64,000 nt of DNA. Origin: Felis catus (taxonomy: Eukaryota). This document shows, piece after piece, positions 25,874-37,890 of the stretch (position 1 is its first letter; every line of letters begins with the position of its first letter). The notes beneath the pieces were generated by a model. It was given only the letters and a program-made list of their open reading frames with translations, was not told where the DNA came from and made no database searches. Location: positions 3,038,001 to 3,102,000 of the forward strand of contig NC_058383.1 in NCBI RefSeq assembly GCF_018350175.1. Reading direction: 5' to 3'. A program made the position numbers and the translations under genes.

Positions 25874-26646
25874 TGAGTATACTATTGGTTATATAAAAAA
25901 AAACTAGATATAAGATAAAAGATACAAGAAATATCAGCCCCTACTTGTTATAAAGTTTGTAACCATGATGAGAGCGAAGATAGTTTGAGGTAAGTGTACT
26001 TAGTCCTATGTGCGTCTCATTAACAGTAAGAAAATGTTGGCCCTAGACAAAGCTAAGTGAGTCATCATTAGTGTCTAGAGTTTAATCGTTTCCTAATAGT
26101 TTTATGTGTAGAGGGATCATCTCATTTGGTTTCATCTCTCCTTGTGTGTTTTAATTTTTAACAAATTAAATTGGCAACATGGAAAATGCCTTTTCTGCCA
26201 CACAGTGAGTTCCTATTTGTTCTCAGCATCTAGAAGATGGCAGTCAGATGCAGCCATTTTTCTCCCTCTTTTAAAGTTTTGTTTTTTTTTTTTTAATTTT
26301 CGTCTTGCATGAATTATATAAGCTATTCACGGGGCACTTAACAGTGGTTTTCTGTAGTATTGGGGTTTATGTAATTTTGCTTGTGGGAGATTACCTCTAT
26401 TCATCTTTATGCCTCAGTTTACCCTAGCCATTGTTACCTGCGCGGAATCTATAGCTACAGCGCTGACTGTCCTTGATGGCTTTTCTAATGGTGTTGATCT
26501 GCACATAGCTTGGTCTTGGGTAAGAGGCATATTTGGTGCATATTTTCTGGTTTTTGAAACAGAAGCATGAATCGCTCCCTGTGATAGGAAACTCGCCAGC
26601 ACTGATGTTAGTATTTCATCATGCAGTTATGTTTCTGTTCATTTTT

Positions 26647-26787
26647 TTAAAGTTTTATTTTATTTATTTTGAAAGAGAGAAAGACTCCTACGTAGGGCGT
26701 GGGGCTTGACCTCATGAACCATGAGATCACTACGTGAACCAAAATCAAGAGTCGGACACTTAACTGACTGAGCTACCCAGACGCACC
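26647..26787 (-). mobile_element. CanSINE (short subtype)
   Basis: Reverse-complement head ...caagagtcggacacttaactgactgagctacccag; TSD tttctgttcattttt on both sides. Confidence 0.92.
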
Positions 26788-26844
26788 TATTTCTGTTCAT
26801 TTTTAGTTTACATTCTGAACCAGAGGGCCGGTGGGCAGAGTGTG

Positions 26845-27060
26845 TGGTCCTGGAATTAATCAGGCAACAAAGGTTTGACTTTGACTCTACCACTTACTAT
26901 CCTGTGGTCTTGAACAAGTTACCTAAACTCTTTCTCAGTTTTTTCATCTGTATAATGGGCATAAAAATAGGACCTCTCGGTGATGCGGTTGTTGTGGCAA
27001 TACCTGCAATATTATTAAAACATGTCTCCCTTGGTACGTACTAAATGCTCAATGATTGTC
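26845..27060 (+). mobile_element. MIR
   Basis: cttgaacaagttacctaaactctttctcagttttttcatctgtataatggg core. Confidence 0.82.
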
Positions 27061-27359
27061 CGACAGTAGCATGAGTAGTACAAATAGGAACTCGAATCCT
27101 GTTGGCTCCTCCATCTACCTGGGAGATGAGATGCACAGGAAGCATTAAATGGTGGCGGGGGATTGAAGGTGCAGTAACAGGCAGCCGGCTCCTTAGCAGG
27201 ATCGCACGGGAGCGTACATGTTACTGTGCCAGCGGCCGCTGTCACGCACAGCAGTCGGTGCCTTAGAGCACTTGAGGCAGGGCCTGAGGAACGTGTGTCT
27301 CTGTCCTGAAACGGTGGATAGATGTACGCCATCAGGACTTGTGACTGAGGTGGAGTTTG

Positions 27360-29595
27360 GCAGTAGTGAAATTGACGGATAGTCAGGTACAATTCCCTGA
27401 GTTTTGACAGATGTGTGGCCTCACGCGGCCACCACGTCCGTCCAGATGGAGAACGATTCCGTCGCCCCCGCAGACTTCCTCACGCACGCCCCTGCCAACC
27501 GGGCTCCATCCCTGTAGACAACCATTTTCCTGATTTCTTCCCACACGGGTTAATTTTGCCTGCGCTTGAATTTCGTACAACGGCAGTCACGTGAGGTGGG
27601 CAGTTTTACGTCTGGCTTCTTTCACCTGGCATGAGGTCTGGAATCCTTCACGGTGTTGGGTTGATCAGTTTGTTTGTCTTTATGGACATATGTCTCTTGT
27701 TTTCAGTTCAGGGCTTTATAAATAATGCTACGGTCAACTGATTCGTGTGGGCAATTCTTTGAGTGTTATCTCTTGGAGAAATATCTAAGCCCGGCATTTC
27801 TGGGTCATTGGGTAGGTATTTAATTTTATAAGAAATTGCCAAACCTTTTTGTCAAGCGCTTGTGTCATTTTTACAGTCTTTTCAGCAGCGGAGAGCTCGC
27901 CCACCTTTACTGCTGTTTGTTTTTCTCGGTTTTCGCCCTCGTAGTCCGTAGTGTCCCGTGATGCCAGGCACCTCCTGTGTGCGTCTGAGCTATTTGTCCA
28001 TTTTCCTTTGCGAAGTCCACGTTCAGGCCGTTTGCTCCTATATTTGTGTGTCATCTTCCATCATCACTGCATTGTGGGCATTTTTATGTAATTGGTACCA
28101 CTTTTACCAGAATATTGTCTTCCACTTTGTGGCCTTCATATTCATTCATTAACAATGCACTTAACAGTGCATTTGTTTTAATCAAACTTTTACTTGGAGA
28201 TAATGGCAGGTTCACACACAGTTGTTAGAAGTGATACGGAGAGATCGCGTGCGCCCCTTTGCCCCTTGCTCAGTGCTCCCCCGTGGCGGTGTCTTGCCCA
28301 GGTGTTGCAACCAGGCTGCGGCCATCAGTGCGGTGGGCGTAGAAAGTCCCCGGTGTTACCCTTCCATTGCCACACCCCCTGCCCCCATTTCTGGCCTTGC
28401 AACCCACTAATCTGTTCTCCGTTTCTATAATTTTGTCATGTCAGCAGTGTTCCACGAAAGCGGTCATGTTGCATATGCCCTTTGGGATTCGGTTGTTTCA
28501 GCAGAACTCTGGGGAGAGTGTGCCAGGCTGTTGTGTACCAGGAGCTTGCCCCTCGTGTTCCTTAGCAGGTGTGCTGTGGTTGGTACGGCTCTTGGCCTTT
28601 CGGAGAACACCTGGGTTGCATCCAGGTTTTGGCTGGTTCGACTAAAGCTGCTGTTAACATCTCGGACAGGTTACCATGTCAGTACAAGCCCTCATTTCTT
28701 TGGGATAAATTCCCAAGAGTGCAGTTGCTGGGTCTGTATGGTAGATACATGTTTCGTTTTATCACAAACCGTCCTGGTGTTTTCCAGAGTGACTGAGTGG
28801 CTCCACACGTCCACCAGCCATGCTCTGAGCGACCCAGTTTTGTCTGCTTCTTATGTGATCAGCAGTTGGTGTGGTCACTGTGTTTTAATTTAGCCGTTGT
28901 GATTGATGGGTGTGCACTGATAACTTAGTATGCTTTTGATTCTTATTTCTCCGATGATGAATGCTCTGGAACATCTTTCCATGTGCTTATTTGCTGTCTG
29001 TAGATCGCCTTCAGTGAAATGTCTATTCACACCTTTTGTCTGTTTTCTGTTTCGACTGTTTGTTTTGTACTGTTGATTTTTGAGTGTTCTTTATATATTT
29101 TAAATGCCAGTCCTTTTTTAGATAGGTGGTTTGGACATATTTTCTCCTAATCTGTGCTTGTCTTTTTATCTTCTTCACAGGGACTTTTGCAGAGCAAAAG
29201 TTTAAAATTTTGTAAGATTCAATGTGGTTTTTTTTTATTGTTGTTTTTTTTTTTTAATGTGTTTTTGGGGTCGGGTCTGAGACTCGTTGTCTCACTGTAG
29301 ATTTTAAAGATTTTCTCCAATATTTTCTATTACAGTTTTGTACTTTTATGCTTAAACTCATGATCCATTTTGAGTTCATTTTTATATGCAGTAAGAAGGC
29401 TAGGTGGAGGTTCATTTTATTTGACTTCTGGATGTTTTGGTTGCTCTGGCACCATTTGTTTAAAGACTATCTTTCCTCTCTTCAGTTTGTTTTACACCTT
29501 TGTCAAAACTTACTTGGCTGTACTTGTGGTGTTGGGCTTTCTCTAGGTTCACTATTTGTTTCTTTGATTTAAAGTAGAGTTTCTCTGCCAACACC
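27360..29595 (-). mobile_element. Old L1 fragments (L1MC/MD/ME-type 3' ends and ORF2 end), at least two elements
   Basis: Antisense L1 motifs: catctttccatgtgcttatttgc, tgttctttatatattttaaatgccagtcct, gatccattttgagttcatttt, gcaccatttgtttaaagactatc. Confidence 0.8.
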
Positions 29596-29596
29596 A

Positions 29597-29603
<7 letters not shown>

Positions 29604-29648
<45 letters not shown>
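29604..29648. repeat. (CT)n microsatellite
   Basis: Read directly from the sequence. Confidence 0.97.
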
Positions 29649-29652
<4 letters not shown>

Positions 29653-29695
29653 ATTTTTTGGCTTTTTTCTCTATTTTTTTTTAAATGGTCATTCT

Positions 29696-29910
29696 GGGGT
29701 GCCTGGATGGCTCAGTCGGTTAAGCGTCCGACTTCAGCTCAGGGTATGATCTCACAGTTTGTGAGTTCGAGCCCCACATCGGGTTGTGTGCTGACAGCTC
29801 AGAGCCTGGAGCCTGCTTGGGATTCTGTGTCTCCCTCTTTCTCTGCCCCTCCTATTCTCTTGCTCTGTCTCCCTCTGTCTCTCAAAAATCAATAAAAATG
29901 TTTAAAAAAA
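29696..29910 (+). mobile_element. CanSINE (SINEC_Fc-like), host of a nested insertion
   Basis: Full head, CT region and tail; outer TSD aaatggtcattct (29683-95) / aaatggtcaatct (30153-65). Confidence 0.95.
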
Positions 29911-29917
29911 TTTTTTT

Positions 29918-30130
29918 TAATTCTTTTAATGTTTATTTATTTTTGAGACAGAGAGAGAGAGAGCATGAACAGGTGAGGGGCAGAGAGAGAGGGAGACACA
30001 GAATCTGAAACGGGCTCCAGGCTCTGAGCAGTCAGCACAGAGCCCGATGCGGGGCTCGAACTCACAGACCGCGAGATCATGACCTGAGCCGAAGTCAGAT
30101 GCTTAACCGACCGAGCCACCCAGGCACCCC
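29918..30130 (-). mobile_element. CanSINE (SINEC_Fc-like) inserted antisense into the tail of the previous SINE
   Basis: Full reverse-complement element; flanked by aaaaatgtttaaaaaaattttttt / aaaaatgttaacaaattttttt. Confidence 0.95.
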
Positions 30131-30299
30131 AAAAATGTTAACAAATTTTTTTAAATGGTCAATCTAACCTGATTGTAGCATTCTACTCTTCAGGTGAAAA
30201 CTTCAAGCATAGCCGCTGGCTTAGGTCAGGTCATCTGTGACATTTGATTTCATTTTTAAAGTCACTTAAAATTTTTACCAAAATCAAACAGAATTGTTT

Positions 30300-31815
30300 G
30301 TGTCTTTGTGTGTGTAGCTTCTTTGGGATTTTCTACAGACACAATCATGTCATCTACAAATAGGGACAATTTTATTTTTCCCTTCCAATATGTATGTGTT
30401 TGATTTCCTTAGTTTCTTCCTCATTTCAGTGGCTAGACCCTGAATAAGACCCATGAGAACAGACATCCTTGACTGGGTACCAAGTTTAAGGGAAAGGTAT
30501 TCTGTTTGTAATTGTTGAGTGTGATGTTATTAGAGGTAAGTTTTTCGTGCATGTTCTTTAAAAGAAAGTTCCTCTCTAGTCCCAGTTTAGTGAGAGTGTT
30601 TTTTTTTCTTTTTTTAAATTTATGAATGGGCGTTGAATTTTGTCCAGTCCTTTTTCTGCCTCAATTGATAGATCACAGAATTTTTTTTTTAGCCCATTGA
30701 AATGGTAAATTATGCTGATTGATTTTTCAAATTTTGAACCAGCCTTGCATACCTGGAATACATTCCACTCAATCTTGGCATATAATTCTTTTAATACATT
30801 ACTTTATTTGACTTGCTAATATTTTGTTGAAGATTTTTGTGTCTGAGTTCAGTAGAGATTGGTATATAATGGACTTTTTGGCATTATCTTTGCCAAGATT
30901 TTGTATCAGTGTAAAACTAGGCTCAAAAAATGAGTGGGGAAACATTTCTTTCTCTTCTGGTTTTTGGACAACATTGTGTAAAGTCGATGTTAATTCTTTA
31001 AATGTTTGATAGAATTCCTTAGTGAAACCATCTGGGTCTGGAGATTTTTCTTTCAGAAGCTTTTTAATTACAAATTCACTTTCTTTAATTGGTTACAGGA
31101 CTATTCAGGCTGTAGATTTCATTTTGGTTGAATTTTTGTCGTTTATATTTTCTAAGGAATTAGTTCACGACTTCCAAGTTCTCAAATTAGTGAGTTTAAA
31201 GTTGCTCATTGTGTTCCTTTTCTAAATGATGGTGAGATCTGAGGTGCTCTCTCCCCTACTCCATTGCTGGTATTGGTGCTTTGTGTCTTCTCTTTGTGTT
31301 TCATTCAATCGTTCCAGAGCTTTACCCTTTTTTTTCTTGAAAAACCTGGTTTTTGATCCATTGATTTTCTGTGTTCTCTCTTTTCAATTTCATTGATTCT
31401 GCTTTTATCATTATTATACCTTTAACTTGCTTTGGGCTTACTTTAACCTTTTTCTTTTTTTGAGGTAATATATTATTTTTGATTTGAGGCTTTTCCTCTT
31501 TTCTAATGACATGTTTACTTTCACTGCTGCTTTAGCTGTGTCCCACGTATTTTGGTATGTTGTATTTTTACCTTCATTTAGTTCCACAGATTTTATATTT
31601 CCTTTTAGAATTTCTCTTTGCCTCATGGATTATTTAAAATGTTGTTTACTTTCCAGGAATTTGGAAATAATCCTGTTGTCTTTTTGGTTTTGATTTCTGT
31701 TTTGACTCCATTATGGTCAGAGGATATACTCTTTGTGAATTCATTTCTTTTAAATATATTGAGTTTTGTTTTATGGTCCAGGATATGGTGCATCTTGAAC
31801 AGTCTAAGGGCACTT
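30300..31815 (-). mobile_element. Old L1 ORF2 fragments (RT and endonuclease regions)
   Basis: Minus-strand peptides TTYQNTWDTAKA and HILDHKTKLNIFKR..SISSDHNGVKTEI resemble L1 endonuclease (SDH motif); many disruptions. Confidence 0.88.
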
Positions 31816-33029
31816 GGGAAAAAAAAAAAAACAACAGATAAATTAGGTGTGATACAACTACTGCACAATTTTCCCTCTCTGTCTGGACTCATTTTCTCCA
31901 AGTCTGATTGCATAGTTAAATTTGACATACCAACTAGGTATTCTTGATGGGAAAAATGGGAACTCATCTATTTCAGAATAAAGTTATTTTGGAGCTTTTT
32001 AAAATCTTTAGATAATAAAGATAAGTTGTATTTTTGGTTTGTCATTTTAAAAGAATCTAGGATATTTGAATTTTAACTTCTTACCAAATTAAAATTGTTT
32101 CAATGGCTATTTAACTTACACGTTTCATATCTCTGGCAAAATTTTATTTTTTAAGGCAGCTCAGTTTTTTCTATAAAACTGGTAACTTGGAATTATCTAA
32201 TTATTGAGTCCCAAGTGTTAATTTTGCATTTTTGTGTGAAAATCACATATACTGCATTAACCAAACTCCCTATTTAACATGTTTGGCATTGAGCCCTGTA
32301 AACCCCCTCTTTTCACCCCATTTCAGGAAATGGCATCTTTCCTGTTTGTTTGAGCTGAAATCTTGATGTTGTGATTGATTCTTCTCTTTCACTCATACCC
32401 CACTTCCTACTTCTGTGATTTCTGTTAACTTTACTTTTATAATATACCCTAAGTCTGGTTCAGCCTGCCTTCACTGCAACCAACATGGACCACGTTACCA
32501 CTGTCTCTCCTCTAGATTCACACAACATCCTCCTGAGCTGTGGCCCAGCTTCTGCCCTTCCAGCCTTTTCCCAACACTGACTCATATGAACCAGTGGAAA
32601 CCTAAAGCAAAGCATATCCCTCTTTTGCTCAGAATTCTCCATTGACTTCCAATGACACATAAAACAAAATCCAGAGGCCTTAAAATGCCTGTGAGCTCCC
32701 CTGCCCTTACCTTTTCAGCCTCTTTTGTCCCTAAAGTGCCCTCACTCATTCTTCTTCACCCCCCATCGGTTCTCCTAGCATTCCTGCAACACCCCATGCT
32801 CACTTCCACCTCAGGCCTTTGTACTCACTTTTCCTACTGCCTGGAATGCTCTTTCCGTTCCTAAGTGCAGGACCTCCTTCCCCAGCTCCTTCTGATCCCA
32901 ACTCACTGTCACTGATCTTATCTTCCACATGTAAAAACGCAGCCCTTTCCCCTGAATTCTTTCTTCTTCTCTCTCACGTTTTTTCTATGGCATTTATCAC
33001 TATCTGATATATAGGTATTTTTATTATTT

Positions 33030-33342
33030 CATATATCTATTCCTGAAAAAAATTCTGCATTCTATAAAATTATACACTAAAATAACAGAACTTATGGGAA
33101 AAGTAGTGTTCAGGGCAGACCACTCAAACCTATAGAGCTTTACAACCAGCACACTAATAAACAATAATACTCCTGACTTTCTTCATTGATTTATTGTTCT
33201 GATAAAAAGGAAAAAGCCTTCCCAGCTTATTTATCTGCGTTTACTTCTCTCAGAAGTGTAACGTGCTGGTTCTTAGAGCCCCCAAACCAGCCACTAGCAC
33301 GAAACTAAGGAAGGTCGTTCTTTAATTTCAGGGTAGTTTTAT

Positions 33343-33374
<32 letters not shown>

Positions 33375-33563
33375 GATAATTGTTTCCTTATAGTTCTAAG
33401 TGTTATTCTTCACTAAATGCTAAAGATGGTGATCACACTGTAGCATTAATATCCTGGGGAAAAAATCATGCATAAATAAATACAACTTTCATGTTATACT
33501 GATATCATTTCCTTATTTATCAACCACTTACGACATAATTTATGTAAGAGAAATAGGAGCTGT
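33030..33563. mobile_element. Probable TcMar-Tigger DNA transposon inserted in the L2
   Basis: aaaataacagaacttatgggaaaa..gggcagaccactcaaacctat motif; ends in ctg|ta; splits the L2. Confidence 0.5.
33343..33375. repeat. (GTT)n microsatellite
   Basis: Read directly from the sequence. Confidence 0.95.
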
Positions 33564-34059
33564 AGCAGCACAAACTGTACTATGTATTTTCCTCATTTGT
33601 TTTTTTGTTTATCTCCGTGAACTAGAATATAAGCTCCGTGAAGATGTGATTTCAGTACTTTTTTAAAATTCACATCTGTATTCCCATCTCATGGAAGTCC
33701 TGGTAGGCCTTTAATAAATATTTGTTGAATGAAAGAATAAATAATCAGATCAATATTTAGGTTTTGTTGGAATTCTGAAATAATTGAAAATGTGAACACC
33801 TGTTTTTCTGTAAATTGAAACAGCTTCTTTAGCTTAATAGTTATTGACTTTTAAGAGTATAACCTGATTTATGTGTGTTATTTTGAACGCCAGAAGTAGA
33901 TGTACTTTGAATGAAGTTCAAGTTTCAAAATTCCGTAGGAACATGCAATTTCATTCTCTGACAGTATGTTTTAATAAAAGCTAACACAAAAATTGTGTTT
34001 CTGTACCAGGGACTGTGCTAAGCACACACTGGCTAATTTCATCTTTGTGGGAACTCTCT

Positions 34060-35051
34060 AGGGTGGCAGTTCCCACTGTTGTCCAAGAACCTCTGGTTTT
34101 TGAGACTGAAACCCTTTCAAGGGCGTCCAAGAAGTCAAACACATTTTATAACATGGAGACTTTGGTTTGTGTTTACTGACAATACAGAAGCAATCGTGAG
34201 GAAATTCCCATACCTTGAGCAGGTGTATCATGGTGGTGGCACCCAAGTTTCGTGGTTGACGTGGCGTTCTTCCCCATCACAAACGTGCGGTGAAAAAAAG
34301 AAAATCTAGTTCTCTTAAGAATCTTCTTAATGGAGTAGTAAAAGTCATTAGTTTCACTGAATTCTGAGTCTAACACACGTCCTTTTAATATTCAGTATCC
34401 CCAAAAATGGGAATTGCATAAAACGCTTTTCTGTACTGAAATATGACTGTTGCCTCGAGGCCACGTCCTTGTGGGATTGTTCGTGTTGTGAGCTGCTTTT
34501 TTCATGGTCCCCCCTTTTTACTTGAAATTGTGACTAAGAGACAAACCGTGGTAATTCATACTTGGGTAATTGGTACATTTTCTTGAGTATGATGAAAATG
34601 TTGTTGCATGAAGAAAAACAATGGACAGGATTGGTTGCTAAAAATAAAAACTGAACTGTGAAGTAAAAATTAGAAATTGGAACTGTTGTATATGCCACTT
34701 GCTACATGTCTGTGGGAGGCTGGACTTTGTTCATGTCCTTCAATGGAAACAACGTGATTGCAAGAGATTAAATGCAAAAGTCATCTTTTATTAAGCCAGA
34801 CATTGAAGAAATTTGAAAAAAAAAAAAAAAAAAGGAAAACAATGTCATTCTTTTCAATAGTATTTTTTTATTTGAGAAAATTAAGTTTTCATAGCTGTCT
34901 TGTTGTAATGTGCGATAACTTTGATGTTACTGTTTTCCTATATGATAAATACAGAAAGATACAACTCAAATAAATAAGAATTTTGGGGTTATTAATAATT
35001 TTTTTTTAAGTTGTCAGGGGGTCCTGAGACCAGAAAGTCTGAGCACTGCTG
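34060..35051 (+). mobile_element. hAT Charlie1-type DNA transposon with a decayed transposase remnant
   Basis: 5' ..gaaaccctttcaagggcgtccaagaagtcaaac; 3' ggggtcctgagaccagaaagtctgagcactgctg; internal decayed HTEVRWLSRG-like stretch near 34430-34480. Confidence 0.75.
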
Positions 35052-36384
35052 CTATAAAAGAGGTTGATTTTATTACTTTGTTGATTGAGAATCCCACACA
35101 TAGGAGGTGGGAGGTTCCCCAAGCTCGGAAGCTACCGACAGAGCTTTGATCCCCGGCTGTCTGGCCCCAGGGCCTTGCTATAAGCCGCAGCCACACACCC
35201 GTGCAGCTCCTGGAGAAGACTTTATGGTTTGTAACTTTGCTAAAATCAATAGACCTTATCTATTTGAGTTTAGATATCCTTAAGTTCTCTTCCCATGTAA
35301 TTTCCTTGCTCTAAAATTCGAGGTATCTTTTGAGTCCCGGTTTTTATGTCAGTACGTGTGAGGCATAAACCCCCTGTAAACCTGGAAGCAGGGCAGGGTA
35401 GGTCACTTCTGAGTTTCTGTTCTTGACCTTCTCAGCCTTCTATTTAATCTGAGTTGTACTTTAGGATTATTTGAAAGAATATTAGAAAGAAATATTGTAC
35501 CATATTCAAGAAAAATGTTGGTTATTTCTGATAACTCTTCTCTCATTTTGGTTGGTCATCCTTTTTCACTACAAACCATAGAAATGACAATTTAGTGCAG
35601 TTCTACCTTGAAATAAAATATCGGAGAGCTGGAAGCTTCTTTCAGTTTGGAGAAGTGGGGAAACTGTTGTTATCCCACTGCCTCCTCCTCTTATGAATTT
35701 ATATGCTGAAATACATTAGAATAGTGCAGGATCAAAGCAGTACGTAAATACCACCATTTATGTTTCTACCACAAGCTTCACAGAAGATTAATCTCAGTGA
35801 AAGCGTGAGTGGTTTCTTAGGGGAAAACACTCGATGGGGAGGTTCGCCCCACATGTTCCCTTAAATATGCTGTTCATTCGCATTGATTTCAGAGAAAATA
35901 GAGAGTTTGATTCCCCCTGACTGAATGTGTCATCAAGCTGTCGGCAGTGCTGTTTAACAGGAACCTGAGGCCCCCCACCTCTCGGGATTTCCCCTGCACA
36001 GATCACATCCCAAGATGGTTCTGCAGACGCAGGCCTCTACTCAGAAAATCTCACACTTGCTGCTCACACTTTGGAGTCCAAAATGATGACTTGACGGTGA
36101 GATCTGGGAATGTGAAATGTGAGTTTTCTTCTGCTTTTCTCCCTTCTGATTGTGGTGCCTCCAGGAGACAGTGGGATGGAGCCCTGGGAGAGGACTCATA
36201 CCGTCCGCCCAGGCATCCTGGCCCCTGGCTCCCGAAACGCAGTCCCCAACCAAGCTCCACCGCCGCTGCTGCCGCCACACCCCCTCCCCCGCCCCCCAGG
36301 CCTTTCCTGACCACCAGGATGCTTCCGCGGCACCACTCACCTTTCACAGGCCGTGCATGTGTGCGCGCACGCACTCCCACTCTT

Positions 36385-36386
<2 letters not shown>

Positions 36387-36449
<63 letters not shown>
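36387..36449. repeat. (AC)~31 microsatellite
   Basis: Read directly from the sequence; explains the HT/CV-repeat pseudo-ORFs. Confidence 0.98.
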
Positions 36450-36452
<3 letters not shown>

Positions 36453-37136
36453 TTGCACCCGTCCACTTCTTCCCTGGGTGGAGAAGTCTGGGCATCTAAG
36501 GAAATTCTCATTGGTCTTCGAGGTCGGGCCGGTTCTTCAACCAGCCCCAGATGCCTTGGAAAGCTGCTGTGTAGCTGAAGCAGCCTGGGACATGTACCTG
36601 GGTCTTTAGGCTTCTGTGACCCTTGGTGCCTTAGCCCCGGTGAAGCCCGAGTCAGCCTGCCCTGGGCTTCTGGCGCACCGGTACCCCTTCCCACCGCTGG
36701 TTGGCCAGCATCTGGCTTCCTGGACCGAGGCTCCTCTGAGCAGGGACCCACTGGATCCCCGGGGCCCAGCAGCCAGGAGGCACTCAGTGGATGCTCCGGG
36801 AAGGGGGGGAGAAGGGCCTTTGTGAGTGTGGGACAGCAGCATCCGGACTTCCGTTGCGCCTCTTCTGTGCGTGGCTGTGTGGGTATGGGAGGGTGGTCAG
36901 GATCTCGGGCTCTGGATCCGAGATGCTGCCGTGCAGAGTGGCCTCTTGGCTTCCAGTGACACTTCGGGTCCTGCCATGTCACTCATGCTGGAGAGGTTAG
37001 ATGTGGAAACACGCTGTGTTGTAGCGATCATAAGAGGGGGTTTTTATTACGTTAAAAAAATAAATGTTATGTTTGTTCAACTGTAGCTGCCTTTTGCCCT
37101 GAAATTTCTGATACTCATTTATTGTGTTTTATTTTA

Positions 37137-37326
37137 TTTATTTTTTTAACGTTTATTTATTTTTGAGACAGAGACAGAGCATGAACAGGGGAGGGGCAGA
37201 GAGAGAGGGAGACACAGAATCTGAGCTGTCAGCACAGAGCCTGACGCGGGGCTTGAACCCACGAACTGCGAGATCATGACCTGAGCTGAAGTCGGACGCT
37301 TAACCTAATGAGCCACCCAGGCGCCC
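37137..37326 (-). mobile_element. CanSINE (SINEC_Fc-like) with a small internal deletion
   Basis: Full reverse-complement head; cagaatctga|gctgtc lacks the ..ggctccaggctctga segment seen in the copies at 30001 and 43070. Confidence 0.94.
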
Positions 37327-37520
37327 TGTTATATCAGGCAGTAGTAGAAATATATAAAGTAACATACTGAGAGGTTGGCTAATTTGTTTAGACCCATGGA
37401 AAATGATGATACCTTCCTACTCTATTTGAAAGCCTATATCACTGGAAAATATTTAAAGATATTTCTGATAATCTAGGAGAATAAAGCCTGAAGGTTAGCT
37501 GTGATGACAGAGCTGCCTGT

Positions 37521-37574
37521 TCCTCCTCCTCCTCCTCCTCCTCCTCCTCCTCCTCCTCCTCCTCTTCCTCCTCC
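37521..37574. repeat. (CCT)n trinucleotide repeat
   Basis: Read directly from the sequence. Confidence 0.97.
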
Positions 37575-37683
37575 ATTCCACCTGTAACCACCACACGACT
37601 TGTGTACATGGTCACAGGAAGTGTGCCTTCCCCTGGGGGGGGGGGTATTCAGTCGGTGTAGGTGGTCACAGGAAGTGCAGCTT

Positions 37684-37890
37684 CCCCTGGGGGGCTCAGT
37701 TGGTTAAGCGTCCGACTTCAGCTCAGGCCATGATCTCATGGTTCATGGATTCAGTCCCCACGTTGGGCTCTGTGCTCAGAGCTCAGAGCCTGGAACCTGC
37801 TTTGGATTCTGTGTCTCCCTCTCTTCCCTCCCCCGCTTGTGCTCTGTCTCTCTCTGAAAAATAAATAAACATTAAAGAAAATATTTTTAA
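37684..37890 (+). mobile_element. CanSINE (SINEC_Fc-like)
   Basis: ctcagttggttaagcgtccgacttcagctcagg head; TSD aagtgcagctt (37673-83) / aagtgcaactt (37892-902). Confidence 0.93.

Larger units (their letters stand above)
32290..33745 (+). mobile_element. L2 3' region, interrupted at about 33030-33565
   Basis: gattcttctctttc...; tgcctggaatgctctt; resumes with actagaatataagctcc...aataaatatttgttgaatgaa. Confidence 0.8.

Noticed and set aside
29596..30119. Recurrent similar ORFs (AQSVKRPTSAQVMISQ..., also at 43005, 53428, 56598)
   Set aside because: Translations of CanSINE copies, not a gene family.
35947..36982. Longest ORFs in the track (220 aa +, 199 aa -, 135 aa -)
   Set aside because: They run through a GC-rich patch and the (AC)n microsatellite (HTHT/CVCV), have non-ATG starts and no recognisable domain; openness is explained by composition.
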